A DNA stretch of 43,913 bases from Candidatus Daviesbacteria bacterium (GTDB lineage Bacteria > Patescibacteriota > Microgenomatia > Daviesbacterales > UBA10151). Both the position numbers and the translations under genes were made by a program. The notes under the pieces are model-generated. The model worked only from the letters and a program-made list of their open reading frames with translations. It was not told the origin of the DNA and did not search any database. The stretch lies in contig JACPKO010000038.1 in assembly GCA_016186985.1 (NCBI GenBank), positions 1 through 43,913 on the forward strand, read 5' to 3'. The number at the start of each line of letters is the position of its first letter. The stretch's first letter is position 1. Of the stretch, positions 7,689 through 17,313 are shown in pieces.

Positions 7689-8080
7689 CTTAGGCCTCCT
7701 TTAGCGACTAAAGTCGTCACCGAAAATCTTTTCGGCTGCGTATTTTCACTCCAGGTGATGGTAATCGTAATTTTCTTCGCCACCTCTCCTGACGTACAAA
7801 GATCCACAGGACAATCTTCAGTTAATACTACACCTGTGAAGCCCGACAGGGAGTTTAATTTTGGATCTGTAAGGGCAGTTGAACCGTTAGCTAAATTATC
7901 ATATCCGGATAATCTTATATCCTCAATTTTTTTTGCAGCCACCTCTCTAACTTTCGATTCAGACTGGCTTCCTCTGACTAAAGTCAGCACATTGGGAATG
8001 TTTGCAATAACTAGAACTATCGCTCCTGTTGCAAAAAGAGCAATAAGAACCTCAATAATAGAAAAGCCTTTATACTTCAT
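7685..8080 (-). CDS. Prepilin-type minor pilin (PilV-like)
   Basis: Class III signal: MKYKG/FSIIEVLIALFATG. 131 aa, 2 Cys. Confidence 0.75.
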   Translation of the reverse strand: MKYKGFSIIEVLIALFATGAIVLVIANIPNVLTLVRGSQSESKVREVAAKKIEDIRLSGYDNLANGSTALTDPKLNSLSGFTGVVLTEDCPVDLCTSGEVAKKITITITWSENTQPKRFSVTTLVAKGGLR

Positions 8081-9012
8081 TTCCGTATTTCATCAACCGA
8101 AAAAACTGCAAAGTCAAACCAGGGAGGCACAACATCAACTACTTTAAATGCCTGAATTTGCTTCTGGCTCTGACCTGATTCACCGGTTGCATTGTAAATT
8201 TGAACCTGAGGAGGAAAATTTGCGCCCGCTGCGGGAGCCAGTGCCAAGTTATGGTTTTCATTTGAATAAAGAAATCTAATCCGGGCTAAAATTAACCTGC
8301 AGTTATAAGGGGCTATTGCATTCGGACAATTTCGTACTGGCGGATTATTCGCCAGATCAGGTATGGAGCTAATTTTTTGTTTGCAATAAAATTTACGGTT
8401 GTTTCCTAAAATCGTTGGCAAAGGAGGTACTGAGCCGCACGACGCGGGAAGAAAATTATTGCTGGCTACCCGTTCAGGATCGGAATCATAATAATAAGTT
8501 TTTGAGTAAAAGCTATTATTGCTCTGCATAACAATTTTAAGCTCAACCGCAGGTTTATCAGTTGTGGTATTTGAATTACCGAAATACAAATCCAGGGAAG
8601 AATTACTGTAACTTATTCCCGTATCAGGATCAGTAAACCAAAACTGGGCTGTTGTTTCCCGCCCGATTGGCGGATACTCAATTGCCAGCCCGCTTCCGGC
8701 GGCTGGCAAAAGCGATGATGTATTAACAGTAGCAACTGCATTATTATCCAGGGTAAAAGAGGTACCCGAAGAAACCGTACCTGTTAAAGCCTTTTCAATT
8801 CCTGCTTCAGCAGCAGAAAATGCCCTTTGGGATTGCTCGGTCTGGGTTGAAATTGCAACATCTGAAACTGATTTTTGAGTTAATGCTAAACCAATAGATA
8901 ATGCAACCAGCATTAATAGCAAAAGCAACACAATTATCTGCCCTCCCTGGGCTTTTTTGTAAATAATACGCCCCTCCTTCGGAGGCGAAAATTGTAAATT
9001 GTAAATTTTCAT
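8077..9012 (-). CDS. PilX_N-like pilus assembly protein
   Basis: A hydrophobic N-terminus (QIIVLLLLLMLVALSIGLAL) is followed by AFSAAEAGIEKAL, a PilX N-terminal-like motif. The exact start is uncertain because a hairpin element lies in the first 15 codons. Confidence 0.6.
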   Translation of the reverse strand: MKIYNLQFSPPKEGRIIYKKAQGGQIIVLLLLLMLVALSIGLALTQKSVSDVAISTQTEQSQRAFSAAEAGIEKALTGTVSSGTSFTLDNNAVATVNTSSLLPAAGSGLAIEYPPIGRETTAQFWFTDPDTGISYSNSSLDLYFGNSNTTTDKPAVELKIVMQSNNSFYSKTYYYDSDPERVASNNFLPASCGSVPPLPTILGNNRKFYCKQKISSIPDLANNPPVRNCPNAIAPYNCRLILARIRFLYSNENHNLALAPAAGANFPPQVQIYNATGESGQSQKQIQAFKVVDVVPPWFDFAVFSVDEIRK

Positions 9013-9013
9013 A

Positions 9014-9574
9014 TCATCTTACTTGTACTGTTGTTTGAATATTGACGATTACTGCTTGCCCGGACTGGTTTAGGGGGGGTCCGACATCAAATTTTATTGT
9101 AACAGTATCTTTACCACCTACACCAGGCACATAATTAAATTTACCATTAGTTATAGAAACACCAGAGCTTGGATCTCTGTCAGTTATTGGTGCTTCTCCG
9201 GAAGTATTTATATCTTCCTGGCAAAAAGTGCTTAAATCCCGGGGGACTATATCTTCCTTCTTTGCAATATAACCGCCAGGTTCAACAAACCTGTACCTGA
9301 CATATTTCCCAATCAGGTTTCTGATAATAATCACTTTTGAATTGTTAGCAGGCTCGTAACAAACAACCGAATCAGCCATTCTGATTGCTTCTCCAAGAAT
9401 ATCTGAGGCCACAGCACCATTTTGTTTTAGTCTGCTTAAAAAGTCTGCATCTGAGCTTGTGCGGTACGTGCGGGTTAAAAGGTTTGAAGAAATAACCCCA
9501 ATTACCGAGAGAATCCCTATAGCCAAAATAACCTCTATTAATGAAAACCCGAATTGTTCTTTTAGAAATTTCAT
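9014..9574 (-). CDS. Prepilin-type minor pilin
   Basis: Class III signal: EQFG/FSLIEVILAIGILSV. Confidence 0.7.
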   Translation of the reverse strand: MKFLKEQFGFSLIEVILAIGILSVIGVISSNLLTRTYRTSSDADFLSRLKQNGAVASDILGEAIRMADSVVCYEPANNSKVIIIRNLIGKYVRYRFVEPGGYIAKKEDIVPRDLSTFCQEDINTSGEAPITDRDPSSGVSITNGKFNYVPGVGGKDTVTIKFDVGPPLNQSGQAVIVNIQTTVQVR

Positions 9575-10122
9575 AATTTAGAAAAAACAGTAACTAAATC
9601 CGAAGAGTGTTGGCCGGTGGTATCAGTCCAAAAAACTTTTGAGGTAACTCTTTTTTGAGTACCCGCCAGTCCAGGCTCATCTTCAATAATAACCTGTGCA
9701 GTAAATCCATTCCCTAAATCAATCGGATTTTCACTATAGGTTAGACATAAAGCCTTGGTTATATCTCCTGTTACGGTACAATTATTGGAAGGTATATAAG
9801 TGCATCCGATTAAAGTGCATGACTTACTACTGTAACTTCCGAAAGTTTCATCCCATATCTCTTCCCATGTTAAGCAAGGAGTCTTACCTTGCAGACAGAC
9901 TCCGTAATTTGCAGACTTGATGGTCCTTACTTTTTCCATATTTTCCTGAGCTAACATTGTGGCCTGAGCCTGATTTTTTGAAAATTGGGTATTTCTCAAA
10001 CTGTATGTAGTAGTAATAGCCATTGCACCAATAACCACGGCGATTAAACTCATACCTACGACAAGCTCAAGCAGTGTTTGTCCTTTTTGGTTACTCAACT
10101 TTAAGTACCCCTCCTGATTCAA
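9571..10122 (-). CDS. Prepilin-type minor pilin, Cys-rich
   Basis: Class III signal: NQKG/QTLLELVVGMSLIAV. It has 6 Cys and overlaps the upstream gene by 32 nt. Confidence 0.65.
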   Translation of the reverse strand: MNQEGYLKLSNQKGQTLLELVVGMSLIAVVIGAMAITTTYSLRNTQFSKNQAQATMLAQENMEKVRTIKSANYGVCLQGKTPCLTWEEIWDETFGSYSSKSCTLIGCTYIPSNNCTVTGDITKALCLTYSENPIDLGNGFTAQVIIEDEPGLAGTQKRVTSKVFWTDTTGQHSSDLVTVFSKL

Positions 10123-10612
10123 TTCTTACTGCTTTGCTTAAGTTGCTTGCAGAATTTGTTAGAATCAGCATTACTGTACCTGTTTTTAATATTCCTTGGC
10201 TTAAACATATATAATTAACCTGGCTTTTAGAAAAGATAATATCGGTCGTATCGTTGGGACACACGTCAACGGCGCCGGTAAAGGTTGTGACAGTATCTGC
10301 CCCAGACGGAGAGTATGGTTTGTTTGAAAAAACAGACTGTTCTCCCAGAGTTTGACACACTGAAATTAAGGAATAACCCTGAGATGAAAGCCGGACAATC
10401 CAGGTATCGGATACTTCGTCTTTTGGACATTTAATCCTTGAAAAAGCCGAGGATTGGGCTGTTTTTAAAGTGTTAAGGACCTGTAAAGCAGCGTTGTCTA
10501 TTTCCCCTTGTTTTAAAAAATCTCTCAGGTTAGGGAAAGCGACCGCACTTAGTAAACCAATAATCCCTACAGATACAAGAACCTCTACCAGGCTAAAGCC
10601 GCGAGCAGTCAT
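10091..10612 (-). CDS. Prepilin-type minor pilin (FimT/GspH-like)
   Basis: Class III signal: MTARG/FSLVEVLVSVGIIGLL. 4 Cys. Confidence 0.7.
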   Translation of the reverse strand: MTARGFSLVEVLVSVGIIGLLSAVAFPNLRDFLKQGEIDNAALQVLNTLKTAQSSAFSRIKCPKDEVSDTWIVRLSSQGYSLISVCQTLGEQSVFSNKPYSPSGADTVTTFTGAVDVCPNDTTDIIFSKSQVNYICLSQGILKTGTVMLILTNSASNLSKAVRIESGGVLKVE

Positions 10613-10642
10613 ATATACAGCCTACCAAAGATGGAGGAGATA

Positions 10643-11122
10643 TTAAAGGGGAGTAACCTGATAGTTAAAATTAGTATTCCTGCATGTGCTTCCCTCCGGA
10701 GGATTTTCCATTTTCGCACAAAGGTAATAGAAGTGGCAAGGATTAGCAGAACACACGTCGGTTGCCCTGATATTCCCAAAAGGTGCGTAATAATAGGACG
10801 AGCCGTTTGGGTCTCCGGGGGTTCTTGTTAGGTATGTTTTGCAGGAGCCGCCGGTGCATCCGTTAAACGCAGACCCAACTGCAGGCAAAGTGAGGGGATA
10901 TTGATTCTGATCTGCATAATATTGCTGCAAAGCAGACTGGAGCACACTTAAATCCGAAGACCTTTGTGCATCACGGGTGTTTTTTTGGAGAGCTCCGGTA
11001 AAACTTAAGGCCAAACCCGATATGATACCAATAATTGCAATTACAACCAGAATTTCAACCAATGAAAAGCCTTTATGCTTTAAATAATCCAAAGTGAGAA
11101 GATTAGTCCGGGGTAGATCCAT
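10643..11122 (-). CDS. Type IV pilin / GspG-like pilin, Cys-rich, long leader peptide
   Basis: Class III signal: KHKG/FSLVEILVVIAIIGII. It has 6 Cys and a Y..Y...YYLCAK C-terminal pattern. Confidence 0.75.
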   Translation of the reverse strand: MDLPRTNLLTLDYLKHKGFSLVEILVVIAIIGIISGLALSFTGALQKNTRDAQRSSDLSVLQSALQQYYADQNQYPLTLPAVGSAFNGCTGGSCKTYLTRTPGDPNGSSYYYAPFGNIRATDVCSANPCHFYYLCAKMENPPEGSTCRNTNFNYQVTPL

Positions 11123-11130
11123 AGTTAATT

Positions 11131-11159
11131 AAATTATCAGCTTTAACCGCTAATGTAAA
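11131..11159 (-). promoter_or_regulatory. Putative internal promoter for pilin 10643..11122 (TTTACA-17-TAATTT, 8 nt before ATG)
   Basis: The - strand reads TTTACA, then TTAGCGGTTAAAGCTGA, TAATTT, AATTAACT and ATG. Confidence 0.3.
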
Positions 11160-11171
11160 GGAATATCAAAG

Positions 11172-11627
11172 TTACTGTGAATTGCTTCTGCAGAATTGTC
11201 CGCCAGCTTCCAAGTTTGCACAAACTGTCCATGTTGATACAGCGCCCGGCGCTCCAACCCCCACTGTAGTATCTGAAGTTTTACAAGTACCCGCACCCGT
11301 CCTGACACAATATTTACATACGCCTGGGCATGCATCTTCAGGAGCTACATTCGTAGAAGTCGGATCGGTAGGAGCCTTACCTGAAGCAAAGAAAGTATCT
11401 GCCATCGCATTGTAGGTAACAGAACCCGCAACTTTATTCGCCTCCATAGCGTTAGCAATAGCGTCAATGTCTGTTTTCCTTGCCGAATCCCTGGCATTTT
11501 TTACCTGACCCTGGTAAACAACAACACCAATAACAGATAAAATAGCAATTATTGTAATTACTACCAGAAGCTCAACCAAGGTAAAACCTTTAGGATTGTT
11601 AATTGTTTTGGGCAGGAATTTATTCAC
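11172..11627 (-). CDS. Type IV pilin, Cys-rich
   Basis: Class III signal: NPKG/FTLVELLVVITIIAIL. GTG start, 6 Cys in the C-terminal half. Confidence 0.8.
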   Translation of the reverse strand: MNKFLPKTINNPKGFTLVELLVVITIIAILSVIGVVVYQGQVKNARDSARKTDIDAIANAMEANKVAGSVTYNAMADTFFASGKAPTDPTSTNVAPEDACPGVCKYCVRTGAGTCKTSDTTVGVGAPGAVSTWTVCANLEAGGQFCRSNSQ

Positions 11628-11661
11628 TCTTATTTTATTTTTATCTATACTAAAATTATTG

Positions 11662-12561
11662 TCAATAGGTCAAAGTCAGGGATAAGTACCATCCCAAGAT
11701 TTGGCTGCCCCAAAAGATAGAGATTATTCCTGCTAAAGACAAGAAGGGTCCAAACGGTATTGTCTGGCCGAACTTTTTTTTGCCTGCCAAAATTAGCCCC
11801 ACCCCAAAAACCGACCCAAGTAAAAAGGAGAGCATTAAAACAACCAGGGCATAAGGGAAGCCAAAAACTAAACCTAAGAAGACTCCTAATTTTAAATCTC
11901 CTCCGCCCATGCCTTTTCCCCTAGTTATAAGTATCAGCAAATAAAAGAACACTCCCAAAACCAGCGCCATCAAAGCTCCGGAAAATAACGGCGCTGATAA
12001 ATCAATGGCATGTGTATAAAAATAATTAGAGTGGGGGGGCAAGAGGTATTTGCCGACCGGGGAGTCTTTTAGGGCCTCGTATATTAAATATACTTTAAAC
12101 ATACTAATACCCAGAAGGTAAACAAAACTAATCCATATCGACGGGTAGGTAATCCTGTCCGGAATGTAACCTGTTTTAAAATCAGTAATGAATACAGCTG
12201 CTAAAACTACTAAAATTAAGCAGTAAAACAAAACGCTTGAGACAATTAATGTCTGGTCATGCCAACCGAGTTCTAAAAAATTTAACGGTACGTATTTATA
12301 AAAAATTCCCGCAACCATTAACCCCATTAAGACCTCTGAAAGGGGATACTCAAAGCTCAATTTGCTTTTGCAGTAGCGGCATTTACCTTTTAAAAAAATA
12401 TAGGACAACACCGGAAAAAGGTCGTACCAAGCGAGATGCTTCTTACATTTCTCGCAGTACGACCTTCCCCAAAATGTTCTCTTAGTCAGGCTCCTATCCG
12501 CTAGCGCCTTTGTTAAGCTTCCTAAACAAATTCCAATTATTAAACCTGAAACCCAAATCAT
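11662..12561 (-). CDS. pilD: Prepilin peptidase / N-methyltransferase (A24 family)
   Basis: Carries the CEKC...CRYC zinc motif, is polytopic, and has the GGGDLKL active-site Asp motif. Confidence 0.92.
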   Translation of the reverse strand: MIWVSGLIIGICLGSLTKALADRSLTKRTFWGRSYCEKCKKHLAWYDLFPVLSYIFLKGKCRYCKSKLSFEYPLSEVLMGLMVAGIFYKYVPLNFLELGWHDQTLIVSSVLFYCLILVVLAAVFITDFKTGYIPDRITYPSIWISFVYLLGISMFKVYLIYEALKDSPVGKYLLPPHSNYFYTHAIDLSAPLFSGALMALVLGVFFYLLILITRGKGMGGGDLKLGVFLGLVFGFPYALVVLMLSFLLGSVFGVGLILAGKKKFGQTIPFGPFLSLAGIISIFWGSQILGWYLSLTLTY

Positions 12562-12575
12562 TTAAGTTATTAAAA

Positions 12576-13151
12576 CTAAAACGCACAAGGCGTTCCCGAC
12601 GCATTAATTAAAGTCAGGTTAGATCCAACTTCAAATCTTCCAGTCGTATCGGTTGCATTCTGATCTCCACCATCGGAAGCCATTTTAGGCTTCTGTTGCT
12701 CTGATTCTAAAACAGTATCGATTTCCCATGCATCATTATCAGCGCAATATGTATAGTAATAAGTGGCATTGTTAGTCGGATCTACAGGAAGTGTTGGGAC
12801 TGAAACGCTCTGTTGTCCACCTAAGTTAACCAAAACCCATCCTGTACCATCAGATAACCGGTCACTTGCTGCTAAAGGATAACTGTCTCCTCTACAAGGA
12901 TAAGTTCCGCCATTACATAAAATAGCTGCGCCTGAATCAGTTGCCTCCTGGACAGCTACATTAATAGCGTTTTGGAGGTTAGATAAATCAGATAGCCGTG
13001 CTGCATCCCTACCTCTTCTTGTTAACTCAAGAGGGTTAATTATAAGTACAACAACTGCTGCCAAAATGGCGACAATTGCAATAACAACCAAAAGTTCTAC
13101 CAAAGTAAAACCTTTAGATTGTTTACGGGCAGTTTTTATCAAGTCTCTCAC
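12576..13151 (-). CDS. Type IV pilin (best major-pilin candidate)
   Basis: Class III signal: QSKG/FTLVELLVVIAIVAIL. It is the only gene in the cluster with a strong SD (AAGGAGG, 13151-13157). That SD overlaps the GTG at 13151, so the true start is probably the TTG at 13142. Confidence 0.8.
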   Translation of the reverse strand: MRDLIKTARKQSKGFTLVELLVVIAIVAILAAVVVLIINPLELTRRGRDAARLSDLSNLQNAINVAVQEATDSGAAILCNGGTYPCRGDSYPLAASDRLSDGTGWVLVNLGGQQSVSVPTLPVDPTNNATYYYTYCADNDAWEIDTVLESEQQKPKMASDGGDQNATDTTGRFEVGSNLTLINASGTPCAF

Positions 13152-13198
13152 CTCCTTAAAAAATTATCACTCTTTAAGAGTTTTAATTAGGTTAAGTA

Positions 13199-13232
13199 CA
13201 TTTTACCCACACTGAAATAGGAGTAGTCAAGA
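13199..13232 (-). promoter_or_regulatory. Putative promoter for pilin 12576..13151
   Basis: On the - strand, TTGACT (13230-13225) and TAAAAT (13205-13200) are separated by an 18-19 nt spacer, which is suboptimal. Confidence 0.3.
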
Positions 13233-13249
13233 TAGCAGTTTTAACCGGC

Positions 13250-14455
13250 TTACCCGATCGAAGTGGTAAGTTTATATATAGGCAGGATGATAGAAAGAAC
13301 AAGGAACGCTACCCCGACTCCAAGAATTATTAAGATTACAGGTTCAATAATGACGGTTAAATTTTTCACCAGATGGTCGGCTTCGCTTTCAAAATATTCA
13401 GCCAGCTTAAATGATATCTTGTCAACCTTGCCTGTTTCTTCACCAACCTTATACATCTGAGTAACAATTTTCGGGAAGACTCCAACCTCATCCAGCTGTG
13501 CAGACATTGTTAGTCCTCTCTCAACGCCTAGCTTAGTCTCCAGTAATGCCTTTTTATATACTGAGTTGTTTGTTACATCTGAAACAACAGTTATTGAATC
13601 CAAAATTGGCACACCTGCCGTAGTTAAAAGCCCAAAGGTCCTGGTAAAACTTGTAAGAGATGTCCCCCTGATGATTTTACCTACTAAGGGGACTTTAAGT
13701 AAAAATTCATCGAAGGCGAATTTTCCTCCTGGTGTTGATACCCATTTTTTAAAAGCAAAAACAGCCATGATAAATAAAATTAACAGCAGCCACCAATAAC
13801 CAATTAAAAAATTAGAGCTACCTATCAGAATTTTGGTCGGCAACGGTAAATCAATATCGGATTGCGAATATAAAGAAGTCAGCCTGGGGATGACAAAAAA
13901 CATCATTATCCCAACTACTACAACCATCATTCCTATAACCATTATCGGATAAACCATTGCCCCTCTAACCCGGCTCCGGAATTCCCGGTCCCTTTCTAAA
14001 TTGTTTGCCATTTCAGTCAAAATTACGTCCAGGTTACCTGCCTGCTCTCCGGCTTTAACTAAGCTAGTGTAAAGGGAAGGGAAAACTTCAGGATGTTTCC
14101 GAAGTGATGATGCTAAATCTAAACCGCTGTTAATATCCCTTAATACCTCTTCCCAAATTTTCCTGAAATTCGGATTTGACTGTTGGCCGACTAAAATATT
14201 TATTGATTCTGACAATACCAGACCCGACTCAATCATTGTCGCAAGCTGCCTGGTTGAAATAACCAATTCCTCAAACGAAACCCGGTTAAAAATTTTTTCA
14301 AATAAAAGGGGGTTATCTTTTTTCTCAATTATAGAGGTAACAACCAGACCTTTTTTGCTTAAGATCCGGGCGGCCCTGCTTGCATCAACCGTGTCAATTG
14401 TCCCTTTGTGGTCAACTCCCTGGAAATCGCGGGCTTTATATACAAATATAGCCAT
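13250..14455 (-). CDS. pilC: Type IV pilus platform protein PilC (GspF family)
   Basis: Two GspF-type repeats and three TM segments. 401 aa. Confidence 0.93.
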   Translation of the reverse strand: MAIFVYKARDFQGVDHKGTIDTVDASRAARILSKKGLVVTSIIEKKDNPLLFEKIFNRVSFEELVISTRQLATMIESGLVLSESINILVGQQSNPNFRKIWEEVLRDINSGLDLASSLRKHPEVFPSLYTSLVKAGEQAGNLDVILTEMANNLERDREFRSRVRGAMVYPIMVIGMMVVVVGIMMFFVIPRLTSLYSQSDIDLPLPTKILIGSSNFLIGYWWLLLILFIMAVFAFKKWVSTPGGKFAFDEFLLKVPLVGKIIRGTSLTSFTRTFGLLTTAGVPILDSITVVSDVTNNSVYKKALLETKLGVERGLTMSAQLDEVGVFPKIVTQMYKVGEETGKVDKISFKLAEYFESEADHLVKNLTVIIEPVILIILGVGVAFLVLSIILPIYKLTTSIG

Positions 14456-14456
14456 A

Positions 14457-15518
14457 TTACGAGGTTAGAAGTCTGTTTAATACGGAAATCCTAAAGGCAT
14501 AATTTTGGGCATTTTCCAGGGTTATTAATCCCTCTTTTAACAAAAATGCCAGACTTGCTTCCAGAATAACCATACCTGACTCTGCGGAAGTCTGGATCAG
14601 GTTGTCAATCAGATGAGTCTTACCCTCGCGTATCATGGCTTTGCATGCAGAATTACTAATTAAAATTTCATAAGCCAGAACCCTTCCAGGGGAAATACTG
14701 GGAATTAACCTTTGGGAGATTACAGCCTCAAGCACTCCTGCAAGCTGGCTTCTTACCTGGGCCTGTTGTATAGACGGAAAAACATCTATAATCCTGTCTA
14801 AAGTTTGAGAGGCGGAATTTGTGTGAAGGGTTGCAAATACCAAATGTCCGGTCTCAGCGATTGTCAGTGCAGCAGCGATTGTTTCAAAATCCCTCATTTC
14901 TCCAATAAGCACAACGTCCGGATCTTCGCGAAGCGCTGCCCGGAGGGCTCTCCCCCAGGATACGGTATCTGAATTCAGTTCCCTCTGGGATATAAGGGCT
15001 TTGCCCTTGGGATAAATAAATTCAATTGGGTCCTCAATAGTAATAATATGGCTGTTTGATTCACTGTTTATTTTCTCAATGAAGGCGGCCAGTGTTGTAG
15101 TTTTGCCTTGTCCGGTTGGACCGGTAACCAGCACTAGACCCTGTTTTAACCCGGTAATTTTTCCAATAGCTTGAGGCAAACCGGTTTCTTCAAGTTTTCT
15201 TAATTTTTTAGGGATGAGCCGAAACGATGCAGCCAGTGTTCCAACTTGCCTATACAAATTAACCCTAAATCTTGCAATATCTCTATACTCTATTCCGAAA
15301 TCAACATCCATAAAACGGTTTAACTGATTTTTTTGCCCCTCGGATAAAATAGGCAGCACTAAGGTTCGGATGTCCTCATTAGTTAACTCCTGAGAACCCA
15401 TAACAGGAAGCAAATCACCGTTTACCCTGATAGTTGGAGGAAATTTTGCTATTAAATGCAAATCAGAAGCTTCCCTCTGGATTGTTAAATCCAGTAATTG
15501 ATTAATGTTTAAGTTCAT
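14457..15518 (-). CDS. pilT: Twitching-motility retraction ATPase PilT
   Basis: Walker A GPTGQGKTTT, EDPIE, IGEMRD and TGHLVFATLHT motifs. About 350 aa with no N-terminal MshEN domain. Confidence 0.93.
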   Translation of the reverse strand: MNLNINQLLDLTIQREASDLHLIAKFPPTIRVNGDLLPVMGSQELTNEDIRTLVLPILSEGQKNQLNRFMDVDFGIEYRDIARFRVNLYRQVGTLAASFRLIPKKLRKLEETGLPQAIGKITGLKQGLVLVTGPTGQGKTTTLAAFIEKINSESNSHIITIEDPIEFIYPKGKALISQRELNSDTVSWGRALRAALREDPDVVLIGEMRDFETIAAALTIAETGHLVFATLHTNSASQTLDRIIDVFPSIQQAQVRSQLAGVLEAVISQRLIPSISPGRVLAYEILISNSACKAMIREGKTHLIDNLIQTSAESGMVILEASLAFLLKEGLITLENAQNYAFRISVLNRLLTS

Positions 15519-15533
15519 ATATTCATCTTGACG

Positions 15534-17249
15534 CTAATCCTGAGCAACCCTCAAAACCTCCTCCATTGTAGTCACTCCCTCTAACACTTTTAGATACCCA
15601 TCCTGCTTCAAAGTCATCATGCCCTCGGAAACTGCTTGTTTTTCTATATCAGTGGCAGAAGCCCTTTCTAAAGTAAGTCTCATGATTTTATCGGAAACAA
15701 CCAGTACTTCAAAAATACCAATCCGTCCGCTAAATCCCAATCCGCCGCATTCACTGCAGCCCTTGGCTTTATATAGCTGTATCGGGCGGCCTGCCGGCGT
15801 TAAATTTCCTAAAACTTGAGTGATATTAGCTTCCACTTCCTGTGGGGGGGAGTAAGTATAACGGCAATTTTGGCAAAGCTTGCGTAAAATTCTCTGACCC
15901 TGAACCGCATTTACTGACGATGCAAGCAGGAACGGCTCCATACCCATATCCAAAAGTCTTGGCAGTGATCCTGCTGCCGAATTAGTATGCAAAGTTGAAA
16001 AAACCTGGTGCCCTGTTAATGCAGCCTGGATGGCCAATTCTGCAGTTTCTGCGTCCCTGACCTCCCCAACCAAAATAATGTTCGGGTCCTGGCGTAAAAA
16101 AGACCTTAAGGCTGAGGCAAAAGTCAGACCAATCTGAGGGTTAACCTGAACCTGATTTGCACCCTCTATATGGTACTCAACAGGATCCTCAACAGTCAGG
16201 ATGTTAACCTTCGAACTTGAGAGTCTTGAAAGTATTGAATACAGGGTAGTAGTTTTACCTGAACCTGTAGGACCGCAGATCAGGATTATGCCATGAGTGC
16301 GGGTAAGTTGCATATCCAGGCTTTTTAAAGCACTGGCTCTTAACCCAAGTTCCAAAAGCGTTGGAGGTTTTTGAGATTTTGGCAGAAGCCTAAGGACTAT
16401 TTTTTCTCCAAAAATTGTCGGCAAGGTAGAAACACGTAGATCAATATCTATTCCTGTGTCTGAAAAAGTAAACCGGCCGTCTTGAGGCAATCTCCGTTCA
16501 TCAATTTTTAAACCCGACATAATCTTGATTCTTGATGCAACTGCTTCGTGGACTTTTTTAGGCAAAATTATTTTCTCATGGAGTATCCCGTCAATCCTGT
16601 ATCTCACGCGTGTCTGTGTTTCTTCAGGTTCAACATGGATATCCGAAGCCTTGGTTTTCACAGCGTAATCCAAAAGCTGGGTAACAATATTTGTGACCGG
16701 CGCCTCCTTAATTACTTCAGTCCTGTCAAAGTCCGAAGAGGCTTTTTCCTCCCTTGTGCTCACCGAACTTACCTCATTTAAGGCTGATACAACTTCTGAA
16801 GTCAGGTTTTGGGAGTATTGGTCTGAGATTGCATTAACTATTTCTTTCTCCAAAGCCAAAAACCTTGAAGTTTTCCTGCCGGTTTTTTTCTCAATGAATT
16901 GGATCACCTGGATATCCAACGGATCAGCCATGGCAATCGAAAGGATATTACCGCTTAGCTTAAAAGGGATCAGTTTGTACCTTCTGGCTACCTGCTCAGG
17001 GACCATGTTTAAAACTTCAGGTGATATTCCGGGCCGCTCCAAATCTTCAAGCTCAAGATAGGGGATGCCTAAAATTTTTGCCCGGGCCATTGCGATGTCT
17101 TTTTCCGTTGCAAAATTTCTGTCAAGTATTATCTTTTCGGGCGGAGTTCCTGTGTTAATATTTTCGAGCTTAATAGTTGAAACCTGCTCTGGGGTAAGTT
17201 TTCCTTCTTTTTCTAAAACATCAACAGTAGTCAGTTGAGATTCATCCAT
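15534..17249 (-). CDS. pilB: Type IV pilus extension ATPase PilB (GspE family)
   Basis: It has a T2SSE_N-type N-terminal domain, Walker A GPTGSGKTTT, VGEVRD, TGHQVFSTLHT and the tetracysteine motif CQNC...CSEC. Confidence 0.95.
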   Translation of the reverse strand: MDESQLTTVDVLEKEGKLTPEQVSTIKLENINTGTPPEKIILDRNFATEKDIAMARAKILGIPYLELEDLERPGISPEVLNMVPEQVARRYKLIPFKLSGNILSIAMADPLDIQVIQFIEKKTGRKTSRFLALEKEIVNAISDQYSQNLTSEVVSALNEVSSVSTREEKASSDFDRTEVIKEAPVTNIVTQLLDYAVKTKASDIHVEPEETQTRVRYRIDGILHEKIILPKKVHEAVASRIKIMSGLKIDERRLPQDGRFTFSDTGIDIDLRVSTLPTIFGEKIVLRLLPKSQKPPTLLELGLRASALKSLDMQLTRTHGIILICGPTGSGKTTTLYSILSRLSSSKVNILTVEDPVEYHIEGANQVQVNPQIGLTFASALRSFLRQDPNIILVGEVRDAETAELAIQAALTGHQVFSTLHTNSAAGSLPRLLDMGMEPFLLASSVNAVQGQRILRKLCQNCRYTYSPPQEVEANITQVLGNLTPAGRPIQLYKAKGCSECGGLGFSGRIGIFEVLVVSDKIMRLTLERASATDIEKQAVSEGMMTLKQDGYLKVLEGVTTMEEVLRVAQD

Positions 17250-17313
17250 ACAAATTTAATCTGCAACCAGGGCAGGTTATTAAATCTATTATCGTTAATT
17301 GGGTTGATTAGTG

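Noticed and set aside
11150-11335. A 61-aa ORF overlapping the 3' end of pilin 11172..11627 in another frame.
   Set aside because: It overlaps a well-supported pilin gene and has no signals or motifs of its own.
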